64,000 nucleotides of DNA from assembly GCA_024346625.1 (NCBI GenBank), contig AP024668.1, positions 186,001-250,000 on the forward strand. Reading direction: 5' to 3'. This document shows, piece after piece, positions 44,306 to 56,066 of this stretch (the first letter of the stretch is position 1; each line of letters opens with the position of its first letter). Source of the stretch: Williopsis jadinii. Taxonomy: Eukaryota. The notes beneath the pieces are model-generated. The model was not told the DNA's origin. It saw only the letters and a program-made list of their open reading frames with translations, and ran no database searches. The translations under genes and the position numbers were made by a program.

Positions 44306-44351
44306 GGCCTCTTTGTTCGCTGGCCTCTTTGTTCGCTGGCCTCATCGTTCG
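44306..44351. repeat. 16-bp tandem repeat GGCCTCTTTGTTCGCT, two copies plus a degenerate third
   Basis: Read directly in the transporter promoter. Confidence 0.8.
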
Positions 44352-44871
44352 AGACATATATCGATCCAGCATGCAATGCACTGTCGTGAACAATGCCGAC
44401 AAACGTACAACTTCTGAGCTCGGCTCTGTTCAACGAGTGCCGAAAAGCCACAGCTGGAAGCAGCATTGGACCACTTCAGACAGGGCTAAGCACCAGCTTT
44501 GCTGTACGTACACACTCCAATTGACGGGTGAACAAGCTATACATGTGAATCGAATACAAGCACCTACATGATTAAAGCCCTTAAGGTTCACCACAACAGG
44601 CACGGATACCTCCAAATTTCCTAAATAAGATCAATAGGCGATCAAACCAGAGCTCATGGTGGGTGCTTCCATATCCTAAATGGCAACTCTACTATCGTGA
44701 TGAGGATACAATATGGCATGTGTAACCATCGTTTGTTACACATCGTTGGACGTGTGGTCTCTCCATACTAGCGATGAGGGAAAGAGTCCTCGGTGTGGAA
44801 CAAGGACCTGCGAAACGAGAATCCAATGACTGTCGGACGTATCTTAACACCGACTGCTCAAAGAGGAAAGC

Positions 44872-44917
44872 AAGTATGGCATAAAGTATGGCATAAAGTA
44901 TGGCATAAAGTATGGCA
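44872..44917. repeat. 12-bp tandem repeat AAGTATGGCATA, ~4 copies
   Basis: Read directly. Confidence 0.9.
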
Positions 44918-45003
44918 GCAGACAGCATCGTCATTGGTCTTCTGGGTTGGTGATGGCTAAGTTACCCAATTGGGATATGGTTACGAGCACGCGAAATTCC
45001 TTT

Positions 45004-45032
45004 ATTTACCCGAACTGTTCCCCCGGGTAAAT
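45004..45032. promoter_or_regulatory. Inverted pair of Reb1-type sites (ATTTACCCG ... CGGGTAAAT)
   Basis: 9-bp inverted repeat containing TTACCCG ~80-100 bp upstream of RRN6. Confidence 0.6.
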
Positions 45033-45110
45033 GAAAAAAGCATATAGTGGGAAGGTGAAAAATCATCAACAAACAACCGATGAGCACACGGGGGCAATGG
45101 CTATCTGCGC

Positions 45111-47408
45111 ATGAGCTCGAGAGATACGATGTTCCCGTCGAAGAAGGGGCTTGGAGTCCAGCTGAGCCATGGAATCAATGGCCCCAGTAACTTCTTATCG
45201 CAGTACAACCCGGAGAATCCATGGGTCTTTGCTAGGGAACGGGACAGTGGTTATGGGCTGAAGACGGTTCCCAATTCCTCTGTGAGGCTCTCCAAGGCCC
45301 AGCTGGTTGGTATGTGCAAGGCCAGGGATGGTGGTAAGGATGCACTCTACAAGGCGGTGATGCTAGAGGTTCCATCGGACCTGTTGCACTCTTTGGAGAA
45401 CGACCCTCAAGACTTTTCGAAATGCGATGCAGTGTATGATCCCTCTATTGGGAGGATGTTGGACTTTGGGTACATCAAGGCTGCATTTAAGCAGAAGAGA
45501 GTACCCATAGTTGCGTATACTGGTGGTGCAAGTGGTGACTATTTGGTGGTGCAGAGTGTTACGGATTTGAAACAGGATGTAATGGTGAATGGAGAGGCCA
45601 TCTCAATGGAACTGCCAACATTGAAAGGAGGTGCGATGCTACAGTTTGAATGCTCCATTAAACAGGTTGAGACCTTCAAGTCTGATCCCGTATTCAAGAT
45701 CCCACAGAAAAGCATTATGGTGAGAACCTCGTTGGGATGCTCCATAGTCGATGTGAAGATCACAAAGGATGGAGGTATAAGTCTGATTAGGGCTTTTGAC
45801 ATAACAGCAGAGTGCCTTGGCGAGGAGATTGCACATGTCGTGAACAATCCATTTGATTCAGGTACAGTGGGTATTATTGGTGTCAAGGGCAAATGGGCGA
45901 TCTACAGAAGGACCAAGGCTAGGATGGTGCCATTCAAAGAAGGGTGTGCCTTTGTACCTGACGAGCTATCCAGTTTCAAGAGAATATCATGGGGCTTTAA
46001 CGAGGATACGTTGCTATTGATTGGAAGAAGCTATGTGAAATTGGTAAATCTGAGGAGAGATGAGTGTCAGGATATTATAACTTGTAATGGGTGGTCAGAG
46101 ATGAGGGAATATTCCAGATGGAGGACCAGCAACAGGTATGGCATGCTATTGACTTCAAGGGAGTTGATTTGGGTTGATGTTGAAGGAGACTTGTTTAAGA
46201 GGGTTCTTTCATGGAAGCACTGTCTCAACCCAGATGATCCCTCTCTGAGAATGTCGTTACAAAGCTACGATGACGTTCAATACGTCTTTGTTCACAGTGA
46301 AATGACGCCGCTGGTTGTTGTATTCCAGTTCAAATTGGATAATGGCTTTCCCAAGTCGATCAAGGACCCCTTCATCTATAAAGTTGAGAGCCATGAAATG
46401 ATACACGACTTCGTACTCCAACCTTTGTTCGAAGATGAAGGCGATGAAGACGAGTCTGCTGACGATGGTGATAATGAACCAGATAACGAAGGACATTCAA
46501 GCAGCACAACTGCAAAACCACAAGGATTGTGGTTTGCTCTCTATAAATTCTCAAAGGACCTGGAGCTGACTAGGGTGATATTGTCAAGTGAAAACACAAC
46601 CGTTTTGAATGGAATCACACCCCCTCCAATGTTGAAGCAGGCAAAGGAGACGATAACCAAAGCTCGTAGTCATGAAATGGGTGGATGGGAAAGGAAGGCC
46701 ACGATGAAACGCTCGAGAGACTCCGTGCCTACGTTATTCAGTGAGGTTGAACCCATATCAGACAACAATGAAGATGACGAACAAGTTTTCCTCAAGTTTG
46801 CAAACAGCTTTGACATTGATAAACTTCGACATAGCCAACCGTCATCACTGAGAGATGGTTCTGAGCTTTGTGGGTTCTCGGATTTGGAGGAGTTCGATAA
46901 CATGATGGAGCAGTTGGTTGAACAGTGTAAACTCAAGGGCATTCAGCATGTTCCCTTGCCACAGTTGTTCCAGTGTCTGGTTGAAGATTCAAACGAGACA
47001 AATTTCAAGGACATCCAGAGCAGAATGACTGCAATCTGGCCTCAAGAGACAATCTGCCATGAAGTCACTAGAGACTTGGCCCTGACGTTATCCATATTCC
47101 ACAGTGAAGAGCACGAGGACGAGTTAGCGAATGCCACCTACAGCACGTTGGATAAAGAGACCAGGGAGCTCGTTGCCGGGTGGGACTCACCGGACGAGGA
47201 ACACGAGGCGGAGCCGGTGGAAGAGGATGAGTTCGTAGACCACATACCAGCTCTATCTTCACAACCAGCCATTGTCTCGAGCCAGGCACAGGCTCATTCG
47301 CAGTTCGCACGCAGTTCATTGAAGAGGCCAGGTGCCTTCAGCCAGATGTCGCAGTCATCGCAGTCCACACAGAAGAAGCAGAAGAAGCGTAAGAAGGGAT
47401 TTGCCTAA
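45111..47408 (+). CDS. RRN6: RNA polymerase I core factor subunit Rrn6
   Basis: N-terminal LGVQLSHG, DELSSFKRISW, RVLSWKHCLNPDDPSLRM, S/Q-rich tail ending KKRKKGFA. Confidence 0.8.
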   Translation: MSSRDTMFPSKKGLGVQLSHGINGPSNFLSQYNPENPWVFARERDSGYGLKTVPNSSVRLSKAQLVGMCKARDGGKDALYKAVMLEVPSDLLHSLENDPQDFSKCDAVYDPSIGRMLDFGYIKAAFKQKRVPIVAYTGGASGDYLVVQSVTDLKQDVMVNGEAISMELPTLKGGAMLQFECSIKQVETFKSDPVFKIPQKSIMVRTSLGCSIVDVKITKDGGISLIRAFDITAECLGEEIAHVVNNPFDSGTVGIIGVKGKWAIYRRTKARMVPFKEGCAFVPDELSSFKRISWGFNEDTLLLIGRSYVKLVNLRRDECQDIITCNGWSEMREYSRWRTSNRYGMLLTSRELIWVDVEGDLFKRVLSWKHCLNPDDPSLRMSLQSYDDVQYVFVHSEMTPLVVVFQFKLDNGFPKSIKDPFIYKVESHEMIHDFVLQPLFEDEGDEDESADDGDNEPDNEGHSSSTTAKPQGLWFALYKFSKDLELTRVILSSENTTVLNGITPPPMLKQAKETITKARSHEMGGWERKATMKRSRDSVPTLFSEVEPISDNNEDDEQVFLKFANSFDIDKLRHSQPSSLRDGSELCGFSDLEEFDNMMEQLVEQCKLKGIQHVPLPQLFQCLVEDSNETNFKDIQSRMTAIWPQETICHEVTRDLALTLSIFHSEEHEDELANATYSTLDKETRELVAGWDSPDEEHEAEPVEEDEFVDHIPALSSQPAIVSSQAQAHSQFARSSLKRPGAFSQMSQSSQSTQKKQKKRKKGFA

Positions 47409-47489
47409 TATGGAAGCATATTCACGAGCCACACGAGCAGCTGGATAGCTGGATAGTTTGAGTAGCGAGATAGTGTGTATAAGTATGTG

Positions 47490-47600
47490 GTCACGTGAGG
47501 AGACAGCCGTTAGACACCCGTACACCTAGACATCCGAACATCCGAACACCCGTACACCCGTACACCCTAACACCCAAACACCTAGACATCCGATGAGTCA
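47490..47600 (+). promoter_or_regulatory. TRP5 promoter: Cbf1 GTCACGTGA (47490-47498), ten 8-bp Rap1-like units (47512-47591), Gcn4 ATGAGTCA (47593-47600)
   Basis: Motifs read directly; Gcn4 control of TRP genes is established in S. cerevisiae. Confidence 0.75.
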
Positions 47601-47721
47601 ACCGCCGCGAAAAAATCTCACCGCCGCCCCCAACAGGCCCTCGAAATCGGTATCAAAAAGTTTCAAAACAGGAACAATTACTCACCAAAGAGCCCATCTC
47701 TACAGCAATTGCTACACAAAT

Positions 47722-49923
47722 ATGAGCGCACAGATAAGAGAAACCTTTGCAAAGTGCAAAGAAGAGAGTGAGTGCCTCGCTGTTGAACGCTTATTGGCTG
47801 CTTCGCTGGGCGGAGAAGCCCTCCCCACAGAAGGAGTCGCTGATAGCGATGGACTATGGTACTAACCACGCACTGTAACAGACCGTAAAGCCCTTGTGAC
47901 CTTCATCACCGCGGGCTATCCGACCATCGAGGACACGGTTCCCATCCTCCAGGGCTTCCAGGAGGGAGGTGTCGACATCATCGAGCTGGGTGTTCCCTTC
48001 TCTGACCCGATTGCCGACGGCCCTACAATCCAGGTTGCAAACACCACAGCATTGAACAACGGCATCACCGTCCAGCACACCATCGAGCTCGTGAAGAAGG
48101 CCAGAGACGCCGGCGTGACTGTTCCAATCATTCTGATGGGTTACTACAACCCTATTCTTCACTATGGGGAGGAGAAGTTGATCAAGGATGCCCAGCAGGC
48201 TGGTGCCAACGGCTTCATCGTTGTGGATCTTCCTCCAGAGGATGCCGTCAAGTTTAGAAGCACCTGTACGGAACAGGGCCTCAGTTATATCCCGCTTGTT
48301 GCTCCATCGACGACTGATGAGAGATTGGCCCTCTTGTCTGAGATTGCTGACTCGTTCATCTACGTTGTCTCCAAGATGGGCACCACTGGTGCCTCTTCCA
48401 GCGTCAGCACTGGAATCTCTGAGCTCGTCAGCAGGGTCAGAAAATACTCCGGTGACACGCCATTGGCCGTTGGTTTCGGTGTCAGCACCAGAGAGCACTT
48501 CCTCAGCGTGGGATCTGTTGCTGACGGTGTCGTTATCGGCTCGAAAGTTGTGACTCTCATTGGCGAGAGCCAGTTTGGTGAGCGTGGTGACGTTGCTAAG
48601 AAGTACGTCAAGGAGATCTTGGACAACAGAGAGGTGAAGCCATTCGAGCCAACTGCCACGGACTCCTTCGTCAAGAAGGACGAGCCTTCGTTCAAAGAGG
48701 AGCACAAGTTTTCACCAAGATTCGGCGAGTTTGGTGGTCAGTACGTGCCAGAGGCTCTCCATGCCTGTTTGAGAGAGCTAGAGAAGGCTTTTGAAGAGGC
48801 AGTTGCTGACCCAACGTTCTGGGAAGAGTTCAGATCGTTATACCAGTACATTGGTCGTCCATCCTCGTTCCACAAGGCTGAGCGTCTTACAGAGCACGCT
48901 GGTGGTGCGCAGATCTGGTTGAAGCGTGAGGATCTCAACCACACTGGCTCGCACAAGATCAACAATGCTTTGGCACAGGTCCTCCTGGCTAAGAGATTGG
49001 GTAAGAAGGAGATCATTGCCGAGACAGGTGCTGGTCAGCACGGTGTTGCCACTGCAACTGCCTGTGCCAAATTTGGTCTTAAGTGTACTGTCTACATGGG
49101 AGCTGAGGATGTTCGTCGTCAAGCTCTTAACGTCTTCAGAATGAAGATTCTGGGTGCTGATGTTGTTGCTGTGACCAACGGTACGAAGACATTGAGAGAT
49201 GCAACCTCTGAAGCCTTCAGAAACTGGGTTACGAACTTACAAACCACTCACTATGTTGTGGGCTCTGCTATTGGTCCTCATCCTTACCCAACTCTTGTGC
49301 GTACTTTCCAGTCCGTCATTGGTAAAGAGGCCAAGGAACAATTCAAGGCTTTGAACGAGGGCAGACTGCCAGATGCCATTGTTGCGTGTGTCGGTGGTGG
49401 TTCTAACTCCACTGGTATCTTCTCCCCATTCGAACACGATACATCTGTTAAGCTCCTCGGTGTTGAAGCTGGTGGTGATGGTCTTGATTCTGGCTACCAC
49501 TCTGCTACTCTGACTGCTGGTGAACCAGGTGTGTTCCACGGTGTTAAAACATATGTTCTTCAAGACCAAGATGGTCAGATCCATGATACTCATTCCGTGT
49601 CTGCTGGTTTGGATTACCCAGGTGTCGGTCCAGAATTGGCTGCCTGGAAGGCCTCTGGCCGTGCTCAATTCATTGCTGCAACGGATGCCAATGCTCTTGA
49701 AGGCTTCAGACTGTTGTCACAGTTGGAAGGTATCATTCCAGCCTTGGAGTCTTCCCATGCAGTCTATGGTGGTGTTGAATTGGCAAAGACCATGAAACCA
49801 GACGAGCACATCATCATCAACATCTCTGGTAGAGGTGACAAGGATGTGCAAAGTGTTGCCGAGGTATTGCCAAAGCTTGGTCCGCAAATCGGCTGGGATT
49901 TGAGATTCGAGTCCTTTGAGTGA
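47722..49923 (+). CDS. TRP5: Tryptophan synthase (alpha-beta fusion); exons 47722-47767 and 47882-49923
   Basis: [29 protein letters not shown] after splicing; [37 protein letters not shown]. Confidence 0.96.
47768..47881 (+). other. 114-nt intron of TRP5
   Basis: GTGAGT, TACTAAC (47860-47866), CAG (47879-47881); A|AC = Asn restores the frame. Confidence 0.9.
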
Positions 49924-50008
49924 AGTTGTATATATCTACATATAGATCTACATTGATTGTTAGCGAGCGTCTTGCCCTAGAAATCATTAAGAACATTGTA
50001 ATTCAACG

Positions 50009-52432
50009 CTAGAAGAAATGCGTGTAACATCTTGAATCTTCATGGACTTCCATTTCACTCTTCAATTCATTCAGCTCTACTCTGATTCTTTGCGCCAATT
50101 GTGGAGTGAGTTGGTTGCAAGTTGCAATGTCAGGTTTTCTATCATATTCGTCCTCTGCGTATACATCGTACAGTGTAATTTTGCTAGAAAATTCAACAGT
50201 TTTTGAGCCTTTGTTCACAGATGGTGCATTTGAGGACCCGAATGACTGTGTTGATCCAGAGTCTTGATATCTGTTCAGTGTTGGGGCCTTTAAGCCACGG
50301 AATGACATAGAAATCGGACGACTCATGGACGGAACAAAGGCAGAGTCTGGGATGAAAGGTGATGTATTTGGGGATTGTACAGCTTTGTTGCTGAATCTGG
50401 CAGATTGGAGAGACACTGGCGATTGGAATGAGTGTGCATCAGTACCAACGGCAGATAAAGAGCTGGAGTTGAGAGGAGGTTGTGACAGTGGAGTGGAATC
50501 GTCATCAAGATCAAAGTTCAGTTCCAAATCACCACCAAAGTCGATGAATTCTGAAAATTCCAGGAGGTCTGAGACGTCATTATCATCGTAAGGGCTTTCA
50601 TTACCATCATTGACTTTGTTATCGGCAATGTATTGATCAGCAATGTCATCAAATTCCAAGGCATTTGAGAAATCCTCAAAGTGAAAGGAATCATCATCAC
50701 CGTCGTCGTTATATCCTTCTTGAGCATCCAGGATCTTCGGACTCTGCTGAATACTTGTTGATAAAGAATATGTTGAAGGTGGTCTTAGAATACCCTGTTC
50801 AATGTGCATGCCAGCTTCCCTTGCGTTTGATTCAATGGCTTCCACAAGTGACAATGGTCTGCTCGAGCTTTGAGAATGACGACGAGAGATGATTGAGTGA
50901 CGACTCTGCGATCTGTTACGTTCCAATGACACGATTGATTCCACATCATGGGCAGACAATTTTCTTGGGAATAGAGTCTCGCCTTGTGATATTTGAGAGG
51001 ATCGTTTTGTCTCATAATCTTTCTCCAGTTCAGCATTTGATAATGGCTCTAGAGTGGATTTATCCATCGCTTCAACTTTCAGCTTGTTGAAGTCTTCGTT
51101 AAAGCCCTCATCAGATGAGAACGATGCATTATCGTCAGAAGGCTCCTTTGTGAATGCATCTTCATCCACACCATTGGTCTGCTCTTGTTGTTTATAAGCA
51201 AATTGAGGCTCCTCCACAATTTCAAACGTTGGCTTCTTGGCTCTTCTGAAAGCAGAGAATACAGATGTTGAGGATGTTGACCGTTGTGCTGCTCGTGGTT
51301 GCTGTGCCTGAGCCTGTGGGCTTTGAATCTGGAAGGACTGCGACGACGCCATCTTTTTAACCTGAGGTTGGTGCTGTTGGTGCTGTTGGTGCTGTTGCTG
51401 CTTATTAACGTGTGGAACATCGGTGCCTGAGACAGATCTCTTCTTGAAGAACGAGAGCAATGAACGCTTCTTCTCGTGTGATTTATTATGTGCTTGTGAA
51501 TCTACCAATACAGGCATGGAGCTTGCCCTCTTCGAGTAATGCTGTCCAAGCCCTGGTGTCTGTTTGGCAGTGGACTTAGGCTGGTGATCCTGTACAACTT
51601 GTTGTGACGCATTTCTCAACTTGTAGTTGTTGATGGTGTGTTGGTGTTGGGAAGCCTGGAGCGACGTTGGATCGCTCGACACTATCATCGCAGGACGTTG
51701 TAAAGAAGGAAGCTCTTTATCCATAACTGGCTTCGCTGGACTCGTCGACAAAACTTTGAGGTTTGGAGAATCGTCTTCAACGTCACCATGTGCCTCCTCC
51801 GGTCCTTCATCAACTCTTGGCAGAGGCTCTGTAAGCGGTTGAGGAGGGAAGGCCTTCTGCTGTTTAACCTCTGGAGTCTTGAAGATGTCGTCATCGTCGT
51901 ATACTGGTTCCTGTTGTTTGATAGTTGGAGTAGTCGTATCATTCGCATCCTCATCTTCATCCAATTCAATCAGATTTGGCGACAGCACTGTCTTTGGCTT
52001 GACGGCCCTCACCTGCTTCTTCTCCAGGATGCTGGCCAATGCACTGAAGCTTGGTGAGTTCGTCATTGCGATCCCAGTCTTCTCACCTCGGCCGTGGTCA
52101 TGGTCGTGTATAGCAACAGACGCCATCGAGTCCGACATCACCAGTGATTTGCGGATGGTCTTTGCATGGTCCTTGAGCGATTGCGAGTTGTAGAAGCCAT
52201 TCTGGAGTAAGTCTGGAGAAACGTCCTGGTAGTTGTGCCGTGGCTCGTTAGCAACGGTGGCAGAGCCCTTGGACAGCGTCTCATTCGACATGCCCTTGAC
52301 CGTGCCCTGAGGATAGGGCTCTGGAGACGAATGCGACGTTGTTGGCGTAGAGGAAAACGCTGCGCTTTCAGTGTTGTTATCGCTGGTATAGCTCATCGTA
52401 TCAAGGGAGGCCTGCGAAAGGGTTTGCTTCAT
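50009..52432 (-). CDS. BNI4: Bud-neck PP1 (Glc7)-targeting scaffold Bni4-like
   Basis: Low-complexity body with C-terminal KTVEFSSKITLYDVYAEDEYDRKPDIATCNQLTPQLAQRIRVELNELKSEMEVHEDSRCYTHFF (RVxF-type motif). Confidence 0.8.
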   Translation of the reverse strand: MKQTLSQASLDTMSYTSDNNTESAAFSSTPTTSHSSPEPYPQGTVKGMSNETLSKGSATVANEPRHNYQDVSPDLLQNGFYNSQSLKDHAKTIRKSLVMSDSMASVAIHDHDHGRGEKTGIAMTNSPSFSALASILEKKQVRAVKPKTVLSPNLIELDEDEDANDTTTPTIKQQEPVYDDDDIFKTPEVKQQKAFPPQPLTEPLPRVDEGPEEAHGDVEDDSPNLKVLSTSPAKPVMDKELPSLQRPAMIVSSDPTSLQASQHQHTINNYKLRNASQQVVQDHQPKSTAKQTPGLGQHYSKRASSMPVLVDSQAHNKSHEKKRSLLSFFKKRSVSGTDVPHVNKQQQHQQHQQHQPQVKKMASSQSFQIQSPQAQAQQPRAAQRSTSSTSVFSAFRRAKKPTFEIVEEPQFAYKQQEQTNGVDEDAFTKEPSDDNASFSSDEGFNEDFNKLKVEAMDKSTLEPLSNAELEKDYETKRSSQISQGETLFPRKLSAHDVESIVSLERNRSQSRHSIISRRHSQSSSRPLSLVEAIESNAREAGMHIEQGILRPPSTYSLSTSIQQSPKILDAQEGYNDDGDDDSFHFEDFSNALEFDDIADQYIADNKVNDGNESPYDDNDVSDLLEFSEFIDFGGDLELNFDLDDDSTPLSQPPLNSSSLSAVGTDAHSFQSPVSLQSARFSNKAVQSPNTSPFIPDSAFVPSMSRPISMSFRGLKAPTLNRYQDSGSTQSFGSSNAPSVNKGSKTVEFSSKITLYDVYAEDEYDRKPDIATCNQLTPQLAQRIRVELNELKSEMEVHEDSRCYTHFF

Positions 52433-52844
52433 TGTTCACCGTGTGGGAAGGGCCTGTAATCACTTGTCAGTATGGAAAATACACAGACAGTGCCTTCTCA
52501 CCTGTCTGGCAGTGTTTTCAATGTGTCTTGAGGTGGCAGAGGAAGAACGGGGACTAACGGTAATAATCTCCAAGCAAAAAGGTTGAAACAACGTCCAGTC
52601 CTCTCAGAAATGTACGTGAACTGTAGGTCTGAGATGAAAAATGTCAAACACGGCAAGGTGAAACAGCTCAATTGAAACAAAAAATACAAGTTGATGTATA
52701 AAATCCTTTCCAATCAACAACAGCTAAAAAAATCCTTGTAAGGGAGAAATTCCAACAGCATAGAAATTACGAAGGGCTCTTTCCATGCGCGTAATTTGAG
52801 AGAACAAAAAAGAAAAAACTACATAGTGAGGAAGAGATTTTCGT

Positions 52845-52873
52845 ACGCGTAAATTGGGAAAACTTTTACGCGT
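52845..52873. promoter_or_regulatory. Two MCB elements ACGCGT (52845-52850, 52868-52873) upstream of BNI4
   Basis: Exact consensus; consistent with G1/S expression. Confidence 0.6.
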
Positions 52874-54298
52874 CGGGCGTTGTCTCAGAGGCTCTTACCC
52901 CTTTCAGTTAAGAATTTCCCAAACGGGTAAGAGGAAAGGGGGGATTTGGATAGAGGAGAAGGATCGTGTGTTGTAGTTGTGGCGTGGATTGGTGAGGCAC
53001 ATGGATATTTGTAGGGGGATTTAGTGGCTCTGATGGGCTTGGAGGGGAGGCACGAAGATGGGGGTCGTGGATTACGTAAGACAATCACGTGATGAGGTGT
53101 GCGGGTTTAATGTGACACAAACGGGTGTGTGAGGTTATTACCGTCTTGATGGTTACTACATGAGGTTGAGACAGAGTCAGGGGGAAAGACTGGGACTCAC
53201 TGTTGATCCACCGGTGTGCCATTTGGTGGGCTCACTGAAGTACTCACCGCGATACTCTTGTGAATTGTGCTTCCAGATCATTGGCTATGCCTTGGGCTCT
53301 GATGTGCTTTGTACGTTGTGTCATTAGCGTCATATCTTCTTCTGCAAGGACGAGAAAGCCAATTTTGACCGTATTAGAGTGTGTTATTGTCACTACTGGT
53401 GTGAGAGCTCAATGTTGTCACAATTGTATACAGCCTTTACCCAAAGTAGGATCGTAGCTTCATACTTCTGCTTCGAGAAGAGGCAAGTATTATATAGCAT
53501 TAACCCTTCCAGAGAGCGATCACTCTCATCAGTTAAAACATCCTGGTCTACCACTTCCTTTTATCGTAACCTTGAATAAGTCAGGACAGCTTTTACAACC
53601 CTAATTGCCTCTTTGACAAGCACAAGGCTAGTGATTTTATCTAGCCAGTCCAAAAAATTTCCCGGGGAAATCTTTTTCAACTTCAGAGCGATGCATCAAG
53701 TATATAACGTTGTCGGTATTCGTTGATAAACTCGTTGAATGAAGACTTTTTCTCATTATTAAATTGTAGTAATTTATTAGAATGAACAATACTGGAATGT
53801 ATTATCAAAATATTTCCAAAGCTTCTAATACTCCACGTTAAGAAATCACCAATCTCGTTGACATGTTAACAAAATGTAAGCGAAGTTTATTTTAATCAAA
53901 AGCAAAGGCAATCTAGCTATTACTTCTCAAAAGAGATCTTGTAAGCTCTACACATGTGTCCAAGCGAGCAAAAGCAGCTTGCAAATGAGTTTTGATCTGA
54001 TTATTACGAATACGTACAAATACTTCGTACTTGATTCTAATTTCGATTTCCATATTTCACTCTTTAAAATGGAGACATTGGTCTGACTCATATCGTTTAG
54101 TGTCTTTGAACAGTCAACCATGGCTGTTGTAGAGGTAACTATTAATGTGAAACTTGATGTTTAAAAGATCAGACTTTAGTAACATATAAATATAGCCAGT
54201 ATAGACACCTTTGACGGACTCCAAAACAGTACTTTGAAGAAGTAACAAGGTATATCAACAAGAATGAAGCAACCATGTCATTGGAGAAGTAAAAATAT

Positions 54299-55867
54299 TC
54301 ATGGCATGATAATAACTTCAGAATCACTATTCCCAAATCTTTCATTAGATTTGTCCACAGAAGATTCTTCTAGAAACAGTAACGATCCAGGTATCGACCT
54401 AGATTGTTCAAAAGTTTGTATATTCAAAAAGAGTTTATCAGGGATCTGATAACCAGGCCACTTGTACTTCTCAATCTTCTGAGTCAGACTGAACAACCTA
54501 TCATGTAACAGCATCCAATCATCCCATTGATCCGGTGTCTCAGTAATTCTCGATTGCAACGAGTCAACGAGCTGAAGCATTTTGAGGCAAATACCAGGTC
54601 CATTCATGGTGAAGGCAGATTCGGGTAATGAGCAAGTGTCACGAAGAAAATTCGTAGCTATGTCTTGTGGAAATGTACTTCTGAGACAGGCCTCGTTGGC
54701 TTCTTCTTCAATGTACTTCTCATTCAAAGAGGCACTCCATCCAAGGCTTTGTAACCACGCCTTAGTAAGAAGGATGTTAACCAACTGTGACTGGTCCTTA
54801 ACTTGGTCCAACATCCGGAGTGACTCCAATAAATTTGATTGAAACTTGACCATTGAAGACTTGGTAAGGTAACACCTGGTGTGCTTGTTGTATATGTTCT
54901 GTATTAAACTCATCTCTTTGTCAAGTTCAGGATGCAGTACCGTGACGGTTCCATAAACAACTGAAAGGAAAAAGATGTCTGCAGCACTGAACAGTTGTGC
55001 CAACTGCACGAACCCAATTAACACATCAGGGTGCTTGTCGTCTTCAACTGTGGGAAAGTTGATAGAAGCCTGTAACAAGGCATCAAATTTAATTTGATAA
55101 CATTGCAGTCTGAAGCATTGAAACCTTTCTGTAATCAGTATCATGTAGTAAATCTTCCTCCAAAGATGTGCCTGGTTTCTTGGTAGGAATGAATACGTTG
55201 TTTCACAGTGCAAACCGAACAGTTGTATTATCGAGATCGCTTCTCGTAGACATATTATCCCTTTCTTCAGCGATTGTTTTGAAGAAGAGTAGTAAACATG
55301 TAAGAAGAATTGCATAAGTGCAGTTTCCATTGTTGGGTTCATATCCAGCCCAAATTCGTGAACTACTTGTCTTGCTTCAGCGACGTATTTAGCAGAAGAC
55401 GAACAACTGGTAAGAGGCTTGGGTGAGTATGACGCAGTGCGTTGGAAATGGACACAAACGACAGCAGATATTGAACAACAGAGGGCGTAAGTCAGTGCAC
55501 TTTCCTCGTTTAAAGCTATCAATTGAAGATTTGAAGTAGGGTCAGTTTTGCAGAATGAAAAGATACGTGAAATGAGCTCATCGCATGAAACAACAGGGAA
55601 GAAGACGTACATGTGGGTATTGAAGGCCCTTATACAGTGGGCGAGTTCCTCAAAGGGGATCTTCCCATAGATCTCGTGTGATCTGCCAGGGTTCTTTGGC
55701 TTCGGACCAGACTTCAGCTTCCCTCGTTCATCCCCACAGAGTCTATCAAACTTTATGCAGTTTGTGCAGATGCCGATGGTGGATGTTGATCGATCACATT
55801 TTTTTTTCCTCTTCGAGCATTCATCACAAGGTCTCGTATAGCATGGTCTCTTCCTTGAAGGAATCAT
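54299..55867 (-). CDS. Zn(II)2Cys6 transcription factor of the Mal13/MalR/Suc1 type; first ATG 55867
   Basis: RPCDECSKRKKKCD...CTNCIKFDRLC...LKSGPK; middle region CLREAISIIQLFGLHCETTY...RKIYYMILITER; NGPGICLKML. Confidence 0.85.
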   Translation of the reverse strand: MIPSRKRPCYTRPCDECSKRKKKCDRSTSTIGICTNCIKFDRLCGDERGKLKSGPKPKNPGRSHEIYGKIPFEELAHCIRAFNTHMYVFFPVVSCDELISRIFSFCKTDPTSNLQLIALNEESALTYALCCSISAVVCVHFQRTASYSPKPLTSCSSSAKYVAEARQVVHEFGLDMNPTMETALMQFFLHVYYSSSKQSLKKGIICLREAISIIQLFGLHCETTYSFLPRNQAHLWRKIYYMILITERFQCFRLQCYQIKFDALLQASINFPTVEDDKHPDVLIGFVQLAQLFSAADIFFLSVVYGTVTVLHPELDKEMSLIQNIYNKHTRCYLTKSSMVKFQSNLLESLRMLDQVKDQSQLVNILLTKAWLQSLGWSASLNEKYIEEEANEACLRSTFPQDIATNFLRDTCSLPESAFTMNGPGICLKMLQLVDSLQSRITETPDQWDDWMLLHDRLFSLTQKIEKYKWPGYQIPDKLFLNIQTFEQSRSIPGSLLFLEESSVDKSNERFGNSDSEVIIMP

Positions 55868-56066
55868 CTTCGCATGTTTCAACAATCTCGAGATTCAAAA
55901 CAGATTGAAGCATTTTTACCTTATTTTGAAATCGCAAGATCCACTCAGACCCACGTGCCTCAGTATGCAGTGAAACCAAGAAAAGGTTCAGTTTTAACCC
56001 ACATGTTTTAGCTACAGCGAAGAGAATTAATATGCCTCTTGTGTCAATTATACCAAAGCAAGTAAA

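Noticed and set aside
53560..53630. Minus-strand peptide LVLVKEAIRVVKAVL resembling the activator's CLREAISII segment (possible pseudogene)
   Set aside because: Too short, with no further similarity visible; a tblastn search would be needed.
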